64,000 nucleotides of DNA from Armatimonadota bacterium (lineage in GTDB: Bacteria; Armatimonadota; HRBIN16), in assembly GCA_963677485.1 (NCBI GenBank), contig OY781964.1, forward strand, positions 768,001 through 832,000. Reading direction: 5' to 3'. Every line of letters starts with the position of its first letter. Position 1 is the first letter of the stretch. A model generated the notes under the pieces. The model was not told the origin of the DNA. It was given only the letters and a program-made list of their open reading frames with translations, and did no database searches. This document shows positions 10,406 to 20,353 of the stretch, one piece after another. The position numbers were made by a program, and so were the translations under genes.

Positions 10406-10600
10406 GTAGGGGCGGGGTTTCCCCTCCCCAGGGCGAGGCACGCCTCGGTTTTCATGTTGCGCCTTTGGGCAGGCACGGGAGCCTGCCCCTACAACATTAA
10501 TATGCACCACCGCAGGGGCGGGGTTTCCCCGCCCAAGGGCGAGGCGCGCCTCGCCCCTACGGATATCGGCACACCAAGGGCGGGGCGACCCCGCCCCTAC
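10406..10600. repeat. GTAG-type REP cluster, family B (GTAGGGGCGGGG...CCCCTAC)
   Basis: Several GC-rich hairpins starting G(T/C)AGGGGCG or ending CCCCTAC, between the PBP1A start and the purB stop. Confidence 0.8.
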
Positions 10601-11889
10601 GCCAACCCTAGACGTTTAAAGGTCACATCCACGTAGCGCAGGTGGTGCTGCAGGTCAAATAACTGCTTGACCTCATCCTCGCTCAGCACAGCCATCACGT
10701 CTTCATCGGTCAGGATGGCGGCCAGCATGTCCTTGCTCTCCCAGGCCTTGGCGGCGTTGCGCTGCGCCATTTTGTAGGCGTCTTTGCGCGCCAGACCCTT
10801 GCCCACAAGAGCCATCATCAGGTGCTCGCTGTAGACCAGCCCACCGTATTTGTCCATGTTGCCCTGCATGTTTTCGGGGTAGACGATCAGCTTGCTCAGG
10901 ATATCCGTGAACTTGGTCAGCATGAAGTCCATCGCCAGGCTGGCATCGGGGATGATGATCCGCTCGGTGGAGGAGTTGGTAAGGTCGCGCTCGTGCCAGG
11001 TGGCGATGTTCTCCAAGCCGGGGATCAGGTAGCCGCGCACCACGCGGGCCAAGCCGGTGACCGTCTCACAGTTCCATGGGTTGCGCTTGTGCGGCATGGC
11101 GGAGCTGCCCGTCTGACCCGGTGCGAAATATTCTTGCGTCTCAAGGATCTCCGTGCGCTGCATATTACGGCACTCGGTCGACCAGCGCTCCATCGAAGCG
11201 GCCAGTATCGCCAGGGTGCTGAGGTAGGTGGCGTGGATGTCGCGGTTGATGATCTGCGTGCTGGTGGGCGCGGCCTTCAGTCCGAGCAGCTCGCAGACAT
11301 AATCTTCGACCTCGGGACTGATATTGCCGTGAACGCCCACCGGTCCGGAGATTTTACCTACAGAGACCATCTCTTTGGCGAACTCCAGCCGGGCGATATT
11401 GCGCTGCATCTCGTCATACCAGCCAGCCAGCTTGAAGCCGTATGTGATGGGCTCCGCATGGATTCCGTGCGTTCGCCCGATCATGGGGGTGTATTTATGC
11501 TCGATGGCCCGCTTGGCGATCACATCACCCAGTGTCTTGCACCGCGTGATCAGCAGATCGCAGGACTCGCGCAGAAGCATCGAGAGTGCGGTATCGACCA
11601 CGTCATAGCTGGTGATGCCGAAGTGAACATACCGGCCCTCTGGCCCGACGAACTCCTCCACGTTGCGGACAAAAGCCACCACATCGTGCCGAGTCTCTTT
11701 TTCCAGTTCATCGATGCGCGCCTGGTCGAAGTCGGCCTTTTCGCGGATCACCTTGGCGGCTTCCTCGGGGATATACCCAAACTTCGCCAAGCCATCACAC
11801 ACGGCGACTTCCACTTCCAGCCACTTGCGGGTTTTGTTCTGCTGTTCCCAGATGGCACTCATCTCGGGTGTTTGATATCGACTGATCAT
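10597..11889 (-). CDS. purB: Adenylosuccinate lyase
   Basis: 'MISRY', 'RHDVVAF', 'HFGITSYD', 'GRTHGIHAEP', 'GSSAMPHKRNP'; start at MISRY after GGAG. Confidence 0.96.
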   Translation of the reverse strand: MISRYQTPEMSAIWEQQNKTRKWLEVEVAVCDGLAKFGYIPEEAAKVIREKADFDQARIDELEKETRHDVVAFVRNVEEFVGPEGRYVHFGITSYDVVDTALSMLLRESCDLLITRCKTLGDVIAKRAIEHKYTPMIGRTHGIHAEPITYGFKLAGWYDEMQRNIARLEFAKEMVSVGKISGPVGVHGNISPEVEDYVCELLGLKAAPTSTQIINRDIHATYLSTLAILAASMERWSTECRNMQRTEILETQEYFAPGQTGSSAMPHKRNPWNCETVTGLARVVRGYLIPGLENIATWHERDLTNSSTERIIIPDASLAMDFMLTKFTDILSKLIVYPENMQGNMDKYGGLVYSEHLMMALVGKGLARKDAYKMAQRNAAKAWESKDMLAAILTDEDVMAVLSEDEVKQLFDLQHHLRYVDVTFKRLGLA

Positions 11890-11968
11890 ATGTATACTCC
11901 AGCGAGTTATTGACGTTACGTTACAGTATATTGTACAAGAACCCACTCTACCGCAGAGGTGTCGATAG

Positions 11969-13525
11969 ATGCGCATTGAAAGAATCCAGCCCGCAAAACA
12001 TCACACAGAGCTCATCGGCTTCGAAGACAGCCTGCTCTTCGCTGACCGTAAAGAGAACAGCTTGATCTACACATACCAGAACCCAAAGGCGATCGTGCGC
12101 CACACCTCGCCGCCTAATCGCTATCTGTCGATGGGGCCTGGTCCGGCGAAGCTCACCCACGCGGCTCGCTACGAACGACCGGTGCTGAAGCTGCAGATAC
12201 GCCTGGTCACGGGTTCTGCGCGGGTGTTAGCCGCCATTAATGGAACCAACGGATTTACGATCACACTGCATCCCGGCCGCACCGATGTGATGCGGCTATC
12301 TGATGGGCAACAACTGGCCAGTCTACCTGCAGGCATCGGCACTGGTGAGGGGTTCGAAAAAGTGAGCGTGGGATGGGACTGTGATGCAAGCACTCTCATG
12401 GTAGGTTTACCCAGCGGCAGTTACCGTCTCTCACTGCCGAAGGGCTCCATCAAGCCGGGAGGTTTCGGCTTATCGGCCCCCAGTTCAAACGACCGGTTTG
12501 ATGTGCAGAGCATCAAGGTTGTCTGGCCAGACAACCGGCGGTGCTATTACTATGACACTTACGATAAGCTCTACAACACCGACACAGGCCGGCTGGAGCA
12601 CACCCTACCGCCACCTCAACTGCCTGAAGGCTGGACGCACTACAGCACCGTGACCATTGATGTGCTCCGCAGATACACGCTTCTGGTCTGCGGATTCAAA
12701 GACCTGGACAGCAACTATCCGGCCACTTTGAAGGAATATTGCTTAAGAGAGCTAAACACAGGAAAGTGCCAGAAGCTATCGGATGATCTGCTGAAGCTGC
12801 ACCCCGTTCAGGGAGGTGGATCGATAGAGGGGCTCTGGCTGTTGCAGAGCTGGATCAATCCCGCTAGCCTGACCTGGATCGACTGGTCTGCCTACCACAG
12901 AGGTGATATGTCCTCCTTCGCCACGCCTTGTTATCAGTCCACGCGTAACGGCACGAAGTTCGAAGGGTTTCACGACCCCACCGTCAGCCTGGATGGCAGT
13001 CTGATGCGCTATCTATACATCACCGAGACATACCGCGGAGTCAACCGGTTCGAGCCAGTGCCGGATCTGAAACATGAGGCGTCATTCCAACGCCACGAAA
13101 TCCCCCTGCCCGCTAATCCCAAACTGAGTGAGACCGGACCTGACCGTTTAATCAGCCAACTGGCGCACCGTGACCGCGACCTGGCCTGGTATGAGATATG
13201 GGCTTACGGCTCCAGCAGCCTGCACCAGCAGACGCGGGGATATAACCTGTGGACACAGCAGAACGACTTCCTGGGTCCACCCGCCACGGATTTGGTGGAT
13301 GGTCCTGCCCACACCGCTCTGGTGAACCTGGGTGTGGACCTGGTGGATCCCGGCCGCACAGCGGGTCTGAGCGCCACCTTCAACCCTACGAAGCGGTGGG
13401 ACCATCCCGGGCATCTGGTGGCCCATGGTCAGTACGTGCTACGCTACGACGCCGCCACCCGTCGCTTGCGCCTTGGCCGCATGTTCCCGCCAAGCTGCTG
13501 GCGCGTCGCGCAGTTGCTGTGGTGA
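11969..13525 (+). CDS. Hypothetical protein, possibly beta-rich
   Basis: 518-aa ORF with GAGG RBS; no motif recognised. Confidence 0.55.
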   Translation: MRIERIQPAKHHTELIGFEDSLLFADRKENSLIYTYQNPKAIVRHTSPPNRYLSMGPGPAKLTHAARYERPVLKLQIRLVTGSARVLAAINGTNGFTITLHPGRTDVMRLSDGQQLASLPAGIGTGEGFEKVSVGWDCDASTLMVGLPSGSYRLSLPKGSIKPGGFGLSAPSSNDRFDVQSIKVVWPDNRRCYYYDTYDKLYNTDTGRLEHTLPPPQLPEGWTHYSTVTIDVLRRYTLLVCGFKDLDSNYPATLKEYCLRELNTGKCQKLSDDLLKLHPVQGGGSIEGLWLLQSWINPASLTWIDWSAYHRGDMSSFATPCYQSTRNGTKFEGFHDPTVSLDGSLMRYLYITETYRGVNRFEPVPDLKHEASFQRHEIPLPANPKLSETGPDRLISQLAHRDRDLAWYEIWAYGSSSLHQQTRGYNLWTQQNDFLGPPATDLVDGPAHTALVNLGVDLVDPGRTAGLSATFNPTKRWDHPGHLVAHGQYVLRYDAATRRLRLGRMFPPSCWRVAQLLW

Positions 13526-13819
13526 GGGGGGGCATTGACCGGCGCGGGTTTTTACTACGCCGGCCGTTACCGATCAGCCGTGCGGTTCAGAAACTCACAC
13601 AGGACGCAGTTTTTGAGCGTCAGTTCTCGGAACGGTGGAGTGAAGGTGACAAAACCCACGGCAGCATGGCTGATCACCTGCGATCCACAACACAGGCACT
13701 TGGCGACGGGTTCGGTGGCCCGTCCGTGACTTCGTCCCGGTACGGGCACTGTCACCCATCGCTGATCATTACCGGCCCGCGTTCCGGCGTGCGATGTGAT
13801 GGGCTACCTTACCCGCACC

Positions 13820-13848
13820 CTCCGTGACCTCCGCGTCTCCGCGTGAGA
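13820..13848. repeat. Short non-palindromic tandem repeat (CTCCGCGT-type)
   Basis: CTCCGTGACCTCCGCGTCTCCGCGTGAGA; same style as the repeats at 50531-50856. Confidence 0.5.
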
Positions 13849-13866
13849 TACCCTATCGCGTTTGAT

Positions 13867-14919
13867 CTACCAGCCCCTTGCCTTGGCCTCTTCGCACAGG
13901 GCCTTGTAGGCCAGTTTGTCGGTGCCGGCTCCGGCGTAGGTTCTCAACCCGAGGCTGCTGATGAACTCGCTGAACCTCAGGTCGGTGATCCCATAGTACT
14001 GCTGAACTCCTTTCAGGCCATCTGGCGAGGTGTCGTGCAGCCAGGTGAAGTCGATGAGCGTGATCTGTTTGGCGTGCTGGTCCCAGGCTTTGAACGCCTC
14101 GCGGATGAACTGCGCCTGAAGCTTTTCGGAGCTGCCCAACGCGGGGCTGGAGGGGTAACCAAACTGATAGAAGGCGATAGGTCGTCCCGGGTAGAGCTTG
14201 CAGATAGTGTTGAACAGGTTGCTCACCACCTGAGGCTTCTGCACGGAGAAGTCGTCATTCAGCGGGTAATGCGACACGGCCACCAGGTCGGCCAGCTTGT
14301 TTACTGCCGCGGCTTCTGCCCGCATCGGACCAGTAATGCCGTTGTAGGTCATCTCTGCTGTTACCTTTAACCCTGGCCTGAGCTGCTTTGCCCGGAGTGA
14401 GCTTTTCGCGAAAAACACGCGGAAGCTCTTCCAGAGCGCCTTATCCTTGCCCAGGTAGACATCCGATTCAGATCCGATGGAGAGGGCACTGATCTTCACT
14501 TTGGGAGCAGCCCGGAAGATACTCTCCAGCAGCTTCCCAAATCGTGCGATCACCACAGGGTCGTCCAGCTTCCGCCCTTGCAGGTCTTCGGGCAGACGGA
14601 TGCGGTTGGTGTGGACGGGGCGGATGGTCAGGGTCAAGGTCACGCCTGCTGCGGAGTAATATGTGTTCGCGATCTCTATCCACATCAGGTCATACTTGCC
14701 CGGGGATGTCTCCAGATCCGCCCAGTCGAGTGACAACCCGATGTCCTGCATACCCGCCTTGCGCGCCATCGCGAAGGCCGCGTTGAAGTCGTTGTTTTGG
14801 GCGGTTCCCACGTCCACGCCCAGTATCCGCGTGCCCCTCGGCACCACCGCAGCCCACGATACTAAAGAGCACACCAGCAGCGCGGCTATCATTGCCGATT
14901 TCCGTATTTGAATGGCCAT
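13867..14919 (-). CDS. Secreted glycoside-hydrolase-like TIM-barrel protein (clan GH-A-like)
   Basis: Signal peptide; 'LSLDWADLETSPGKYD', 'SIGSE', 'VSHYP', 'FGYPS'. Confidence 0.65.
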   Translation of the reverse strand: MAIQIRKSAMIAALLVCSLVSWAAVVPRGTRILGVDVGTAQNNDFNAAFAMARKAGMQDIGLSLDWADLETSPGKYDLMWIEIANTYYSAAGVTLTLTIRPVHTNRIRLPEDLQGRKLDDPVVIARFGKLLESIFRAAPKVKISALSIGSESDVYLGKDKALWKSFRVFFAKSSLRAKQLRPGLKVTAEMTYNGITGPMRAEAAAVNKLADLVAVSHYPLNDDFSVQKPQVVSNLFNTICKLYPGRPIAFYQFGYPSSPALGSSEKLQAQFIREAFKAWDQHAKQITLIDFTWLHDTSPDGLKGVQQYYGITDLRFSEFISSLGLRTYAGAGTDKLAYKALCEEAKARGW

Positions 14920-15007
14920 TAGCGGGCCTCCTGAGGCAGGTTGATAGATGAACCTATAACCACATTGTGAGTGATAAACAAGGGCTCGTCAATGACATTG
15001 GACGATA

Positions 15008-15553
15008 CTATCCAGGTATTCGTTCAAGTTCCGCAATCGACCGTCTGAGCGACGGTGGGCAGTTAACTGTGGCTTGGTCTGACAGTGACCCCAGCCTACG
15101 ACCTGCATCGCGTACCTGATCGTCAGTAACCCTTATCTTGTAGTCATCTTCTTCCGAAACGGGGGTACCGTCATTGACCAGGTGATATACCCATGTCTCA
15201 GTATTACGCTTAGGAATTACAACGCAAACTGGATCATCGACATTAACCGCCTCTGATCCTAGTGGTGCATTCAACTGGCGCAAGCGCTCATCAACCGTCA
15301 GAGTATCTGCGTCAATATGCACCAGCAACCATCTAGTTGATGAGCAATTCTGGGTTTTATATCTCCTGATGTCGCGAACCTGAACGGGATATACGTCACG
15401 TACACGTTTTTCGCCACTCCCTCCTGAACTTCTGGCGCACTGTTCGAAACGAATCTTGTGTGAGTTATAGCCTCGTTTTGCCAGGTAACTCTTCAAGAAC
15501 TGGTAATCCCGTCCACCTTCGTATAGCACAACGATACTCACTTTTTGCTTCAA
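15008..15553 (-). CDS. TOPRIM-like (DUF4276/RloB-like) partner protein
   Basis: 'VLYEGGRD', 'HIDAD', 'PKRNTETW'; overlaps the ATPase stop by 4 nt. Confidence 0.6.
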   Translation of the reverse strand: MKQKVSIVVLYEGGRDYQFLKSYLAKRGYNSHKIRFEQCARSSGGSGEKRVRDVYPVQVRDIRRYKTQNCSSTRWLLVHIDADTLTVDERLRQLNAPLGSEAVNVDDPVCVVIPKRNTETWVYHLVNDGTPVSEEDDYKIRVTDDQVRDAGRRLGSLSDQATVNCPPSLRRSIAELERIPG

Positions 15554-16659
15554 TCAATATCACCCCGCGCAACTATATCTGATGGTAACAACCCACCTGT
15601 TCTCTCAAACCTGCTAACCCTTACTTGAGCTCCATTCGACCGAGCGAAAACATAACCATTTAATTCCGCTATCAGGTTCATGATTTCAGGATGATGGGAG
15701 ATGATGAGTGCCTGCGATCCAGCATCACGAACAGCTTGTTCGAGCTCCATCACCCAAGGTTGCACCTCAGAAAGTGCCAAGTAGTTATCAGGTTCGTCGA
15801 AACAGACCGTCGTTCCTGCGCGTCCGAGCACATGCAACAGAGCATAAAGAGCAACCAGGCATCGCTCACCATCTGACATATCGGAGAAATCGAAGGTCAA
15901 GTATGTTGGTTTGGCATCAGAATTTACAGTTACAGATCTCTTTATGTATAGGCGATACGCCTCTCCAAAAGGTTCTAGTTGTAGTCCCTCGAAACCGTTC
16001 ATGGTTTCCTTTAGGGCCTCATACAGTTGAATTGTAGAACTCATGTCAGTAGCGATATGGCCGCGGTACCATCCGACGAAATTACGTCCGTAAATATCAA
16101 GGTCCTTATCGATATCGCTACCAGTTGGCTGCATAATCTGAGGAGTTAGTCGTACAAAGAGCAGCCTGTTCTGGAACCACTCCTTCAACCATGTCACACG
16201 TGTGTTGTCATCCCTGTTGCCCAAGAACGGCAGTCCAGATTGGGTCCAGTCCTTGCTAAAGGCAGCACCGGCCGAAAAGTCATCTCGGAACAACTGAACA
16301 TCCGCCAAATGCGAGTCGTATAAGGTCTTGCCGTCGTACAACACAGTCTCTTTCAGAACGCGTTGCTTCACAGCTGTGTCTTGGTGCTGTATTTCCAGTT
16401 TATAGGTATACATACCACCATTTCCCATTATGTCGAGTTCGAATGTCTGGACATCAACCTTCTGCCATCGCGTAAGTGTTGATCCAGCAAAAATCCCAAC
16501 AGGCGATTTTCCGTTCACAAAAAACTGTATGTCCCGAAGGGCCTCATAAAGTGTTGATTTTCCGCTGCCATTACTTCCCATAATGAGGCTAACATCATCA
16601 GGTTTCCACTCGAAGTTGACAAGACATTTATAGTTGTCTATGTATATTCGTTTGATCAT
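15550..16659 (-). CDS. ABC-type ATPase (AAA_21/AAA_15-like)
   Basis: 'IDNYKCL', Walker A 'GSNGSGKS', signature 'MSDGE', Walker B 'CFDEPDNYL', H-loop 'SHHP'. Confidence 0.88.
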   Translation of the reverse strand: MIKRIYIDNYKCLVNFEWKPDDVSLIMGSNGSGKSTLYEALRDIQFFVNGKSPVGIFAGSTLTRWQKVDVQTFELDIMGNGGMYTYKLEIQHQDTAVKQRVLKETVLYDGKTLYDSHLADVQLFRDDFSAGAAFSKDWTQSGLPFLGNRDDNTRVTWLKEWFQNRLLFVRLTPQIMQPTGSDIDKDLDIYGRNFVGWYRGHIATDMSSTIQLYEALKETMNGFEGLQLEPFGEAYRLYIKRSVTVNSDAKPTYLTFDFSDMSDGERCLVALYALLHVLGRAGTTVCFDEPDNYLALSEVQPWVMELEQAVRDAGSQALIISHHPEIMNLIAELNGYVFARSNGAQVRVSRFERTGGLLPSDIVARGDID

Positions 16660-16893
16660 TTAGAACCTCCGTTTGACTTCGTCGCAGTCACCGCATCACG
16701 AAATTGCATGATGGTATTATTGTATCATTGCCGTATGTTTAACTCACGGGTAACGCCCGCGGCTGGAATCATGCTCATTCACAGCGTTCTGCTATGCTGT
16801 TACAGCATGACGCGGGATAGCCACCAATATTGCCAGGTCATCACCTCATCCATACCCACAAAGACCGCGCGCATGTGGTAGGATATCATTACA

Positions 16894-17808
16894 ATGTCAC
16901 GCATGGAGGACGATACCACTATGATTCCTGGTCGCACACCCGCGACGCATGCCACAACCCCTGAGTGCCTGGAGAAGACACTCTACACCCTGGCAGGAAC
17001 AATTCAAGGTGTCTGCATTGACGGAGTTGTGAATGAACTGGAGTGGATTCACCTCGAATGCTGGCTTGATGAGCTTCGCGGTAATGAGCACCTTCACCCA
17101 TTTACAGAGTTGGTGCCTGTGTTGACGGAGGCATGTGCCTCGCGCCAGCTTTCGCACCACTATCTGCTGGATATACTGTGGCTCTGCGAACAGATGAGTG
17201 ACCCACAATATACCACCCAGATACAACATGACCTGCGTTTGCTAGAAGGCATCCTCGGAGGTATCTCCGCCGACCTAAGGATCAATGATCTGGAACTCAG
17301 CGGACTGCGCGGATGGCTTCATGACCACGTCCACCTGCACAACTGCTGGCCCTATGATCGTGTCGACCAAATCATCGAGCGTGCGATGCTTGACGGAAAA
17401 CTTGATACTGATGAGCATGACTTCCTGGTCGATTGCTTCGCGCAAATCGCTGCGAACAGCAACAGCTCCACCGGTTTGATCAGTACCTCGCCATTGGTGC
17501 TAGTGAATGATGTCTGCGCCGTCAACCCTGAAATAGTCATCGCTCAACAACGCTTCTGCTTCACGGGACACGGTGAAAAGCAGTCACACCAAACTCTAGC
17601 ACAAGCAGTCAAAGACCGACACGGGATTGTGTGCCACTCAGTTTCTGAGGAACTGGATTACCTGGTGGTGTGCGCTAACCGCAACATGGGCTGGAAATAC
17701 CATTGTTTCGGTCGTAAAGTTGGAGATGCCATCGAGATGCAAAAACACTCTGGCAAACTTCAGATAGTCCATGAAAGCGACCTCCAGGCCGCCATAGATG
17801 GAGATTGA
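16894..17808 (+). CDS. BRCT-domain protein with two N-terminal TerB-like helical repeats
   Basis: Repeats 'GTIQGVCIDGVVNELE..L..W' and 'GILGGISADLRINDLE..L..W'; BRCT 'FCFTG...LDYLVV...W...FGRKV..A'. Confidence 0.75.
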   Translation: MSRMEDDTTMIPGRTPATHATTPECLEKTLYTLAGTIQGVCIDGVVNELEWIHLECWLDELRGNEHLHPFTELVPVLTEACASRQLSHHYLLDILWLCEQMSDPQYTTQIQHDLRLLEGILGGISADLRINDLELSGLRGWLHDHVHLHNCWPYDRVDQIIERAMLDGKLDTDEHDFLVDCFAQIAANSNSSTGLISTSPLVLVNDVCAVNPEIVIAQQRFCFTGHGEKQSHQTLAQAVKDRHGIVCHSVSEELDYLVVCANRNMGWKYHCFGRKVGDAIEMQKHSGKLQIVHESDLQAAIDGD

Positions 17809-17829
17809 TACAGTGGCCTCCCATCTTCC

Positions 17830-20238
17830 TCACCTCAGCACGCGGTAGCGGCACAGCAGGCTTCCAGGGCGGGTCTCAATGCTCAAGCGCAGTGCCTCCA
17901 TCTGCTCACCCGTCACCGTACTGGTACGCTGACCCTCCAGCTTCAACTCATATCGCTGTTTGGGTTTCGTCTGGTGCAGCGAAAGCTCCATACTCACGAT
18001 CTGGCTCTCAGGTCGGCGCAAGCAGATCACAATCCCATCACCCGTCTCAGGCCGATGGAACTGCCAGGCGACCCACTGATCTTCCTCGGTGTGGTATGTT
18101 GTCAGCGGGTAGAAGTCAGCCTTTGCGTACTCAGACAGCTGCGTATACTCAGCCAAATAGCGTTTCGCCCAGTCCGCACGGAAGCCCGATGTGGGATACG
18201 GCCCCTGTTGCGGCTGGCGAGCATCCCAACCAAGGCAGAGCGCGCCGCTGAACTGGCTGCGCAACGCGTATGGCTCCTCATCAAGTGCCAGCAGTGGCGT
18301 ATTCAGAAAGCCACCTGGCAGGAACAGGTTCATGCCCGACACGTGGTTCTGGTTTGACGATAATTCGCCATACAGATCACTTTTCCAGTACAGATGGTTG
18401 CGCCGCATGGTCTCAATGTCAATCCGTCGACCACCGCTGGCACAGCCCTCAAACAGCACCTGCGGATATTTGCTTCGCAACTCGTCCAGCACGCGATAAA
18501 GCCCTTCGATGTAGCGTATCTCGGTCAGGCCTTCACGGCCCGGTTTGTCTAAATGCTGCCAATAAGGAAGTGGGTCGAAATTGAAGTCATGCCGGAAGTA
18601 GCTTAGCCCATTCTCCTCTATCAAGCCGCTCACCAACTCGATGAACCACTGCTGCACATCAGCGAGGCCCAGATTGACCATGCGGTGCGGTGAATCCCCA
18701 AGCGTCACCATCCATTCGGGATGCTCACGCTCCAGTTTCGACCCGGCGAACGCCCTTTCGGGCTCCAGCCACAATCCAAGCCCCATGTTCTGCTGCTTCA
18801 GTTGGCGGGACACCGGACCAAGTCCGTGCGGGAAGCTGTCTTTGCGGACAATCCAGTCGCCTACACTGCTTACCCAATCGGCTCCGCCATACCATCCAGC
18901 ATCAATCACAAGGTAATCAATCCCTATCGATTGGTAGCTCTTGGCGATGTCCAACTGATTTTGCTCAGTCGCCTTACCGCCATCATCACCAACAGGGAAC
19001 CAGGTGTTCACCTGCGCCGGCACGGGGCTCTTGGTCTTGATCGGGGCAGGCATGATGCACTCCGCCAGCAGTCTTCGGAAGCGGTTGTGGGCGCGATACC
19101 GGTCGGCGTCTTGCCAGAACATCACCAGCGCAGAAGGTGTGCGGAAGCTCTCACCGGGCCGGAGGGCGATACGGCAATCCTGCTGACCCGCCTGAAGCTG
19201 TACCATGTTGTTCTGGACCCGGCACACCTGAGCCTGCCATTGCCCTGACCACCCCACGGCCGCAAAAATACCACCGGAGCCCATTTGAAGGTTGAACATC
19301 GGCAGCACGCCATTGCTGCTTCGGCCCCCATTAGGTGCTAAAGTCTGCTTTTGATCGGGCTTTAACTGGATTGAATAGGGATGGTAGTCATCAGCTTCCG
19401 CCACTCCCCCTTTGCACCAGTGCAGCTCAGGGGTACCGCTGTAGCGCATCTGCATATGCAGGGGGTGGACAGAACAGAGAACAGGTAGATCGGCTGAGCC
19501 TGTGTTGGTAAATCGCAGAACCCATTCCGCAGCCTGGTGCGCGTGATATTGCGTGAGCTGGCAGCTTATCTCCAGGCCGGTCTTAGCATCGTGGAATGTG
19601 ATGGTCTGCGTCTGGCCAAGCCCAGTAGAGCTCATCGGCGATACCGACCGTTCGCTCCTGGCGAGGATATCTCGGCTAGACACATCACCTAAGATAAATT
19701 CAAACGGCAGAACCTGCTCCGGGGCAAACTGCTCCAGAAGATCGTCGAGCCATATAACTGATCCATCGGTCATGATGATCCTGGCATCAGCCCAGATCGC
19801 CTGATCGTAAGCGCGGCCATCGCCCCCATCACTGACTGTTAATAACACTTCTTTAGCGGACGACACAGGGATATCAAGCGACAGAGGCACGGAGGGTGAT
19901 TTCATGACGGAGGTACGCAGCCGCTCGTTCCCGTCAACTCGCACGTTGAACTGCACTGAGGCAACGGTACCCCGCACATTATCGTCCAGCCCAATCACAG
20001 CCTGCAACCGCGCCGCCCCTTCAGGCAGGGTAAGTTGAAGCTCGGAATGACTGTTCACGCCGATACCGCGTTTGTAGGTGACCCCGTTGATTCGCAACGG
20101 GCCGCCAGCAGCTCCAGCGTTAGCCTTCGTTTCCCCCACACCATCTTCATGGCGGATCACTAGCAAAGGCACGGAACCGATGGTGTCGCCCATAAATGCC
20201 GCCGCCACCCATTGGTTACAGTAATCTGGACTGACCAT
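17830..20238 (-). CDS. Alpha-galactosidase (GH36) with N-terminal NPCBM domain
   Basis: NPCBM 'PLRINGVTYKRGIGVNSHS...IGLDD...DQAIWADA'; GH36 'VIDAGW', 'GLWLEPE', 'RHDFN', 'EGCASGGRRID'. Confidence 0.85.
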   Translation of the reverse strand: MVSPDYCNQWVAAAFMGDTIGSVPLLVIRHEDGVGETKANAGAAGGPLRINGVTYKRGIGVNSHSELQLTLPEGAARLQAVIGLDDNVRGTVASVQFNVRVDGNERLRTSVMKSPSVPLSLDIPVSSAKEVLLTVSDGGDGRAYDQAIWADARIIMTDGSVIWLDDLLEQFAPEQVLPFEFILGDVSSRDILARSERSVSPMSSTGLGQTQTITFHDAKTGLEISCQLTQYHAHQAAEWVLRFTNTGSADLPVLCSVHPLHMQMRYSGTPELHWCKGGVAEADDYHPYSIQLKPDQKQTLAPNGGRSSNGVLPMFNLQMGSGGIFAAVGWSGQWQAQVCRVQNNMVQLQAGQQDCRIALRPGESFRTPSALVMFWQDADRYRAHNRFRRLLAECIMPAPIKTKSPVPAQVNTWFPVGDDGGKATEQNQLDIAKSYQSIGIDYLVIDAGWYGGADWVSSVGDWIVRKDSFPHGLGPVSRQLKQQNMGLGLWLEPERAFAGSKLEREHPEWMVTLGDSPHRMVNLGLADVQQWFIELVSGLIEENGLSYFRHDFNFDPLPYWQHLDKPGREGLTEIRYIEGLYRVLDELRSKYPQVLFEGCASGGRRIDIETMRRNHLYWKSDLYGELSSNQNHVSGMNLFLPGGFLNTPLLALDEEPYALRSQFSGALCLGWDARQPQQGPYPTSGFRADWAKRYLAEYTQLSEYAKADFYPLTTYHTEEDQWVAWQFHRPETGDGIVICLRRPESQIVSMELSLHQTKPKQRYELKLEGQRTSTVTGEQMEALRLSIETRPGSLLCRYRVLR

Positions 20239-20353
20239 CTCATCACCCCCGCTGAAAGCTGCTCGACTACTCTATCTATCTCCGATTGTGAAGCGTATTA
20301 CGCCCCAATACATCTATATCTACCACATATCTGCATGAATTTGCGCGGTATCT

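Noticed and set aside
10822-11913. 363-aa ORF on + (and similar shadow ORFs opposite melA, purL, E2 and the GH genes)
   Set aside because: These are antisense shadows of well-supported GC-rich genes.
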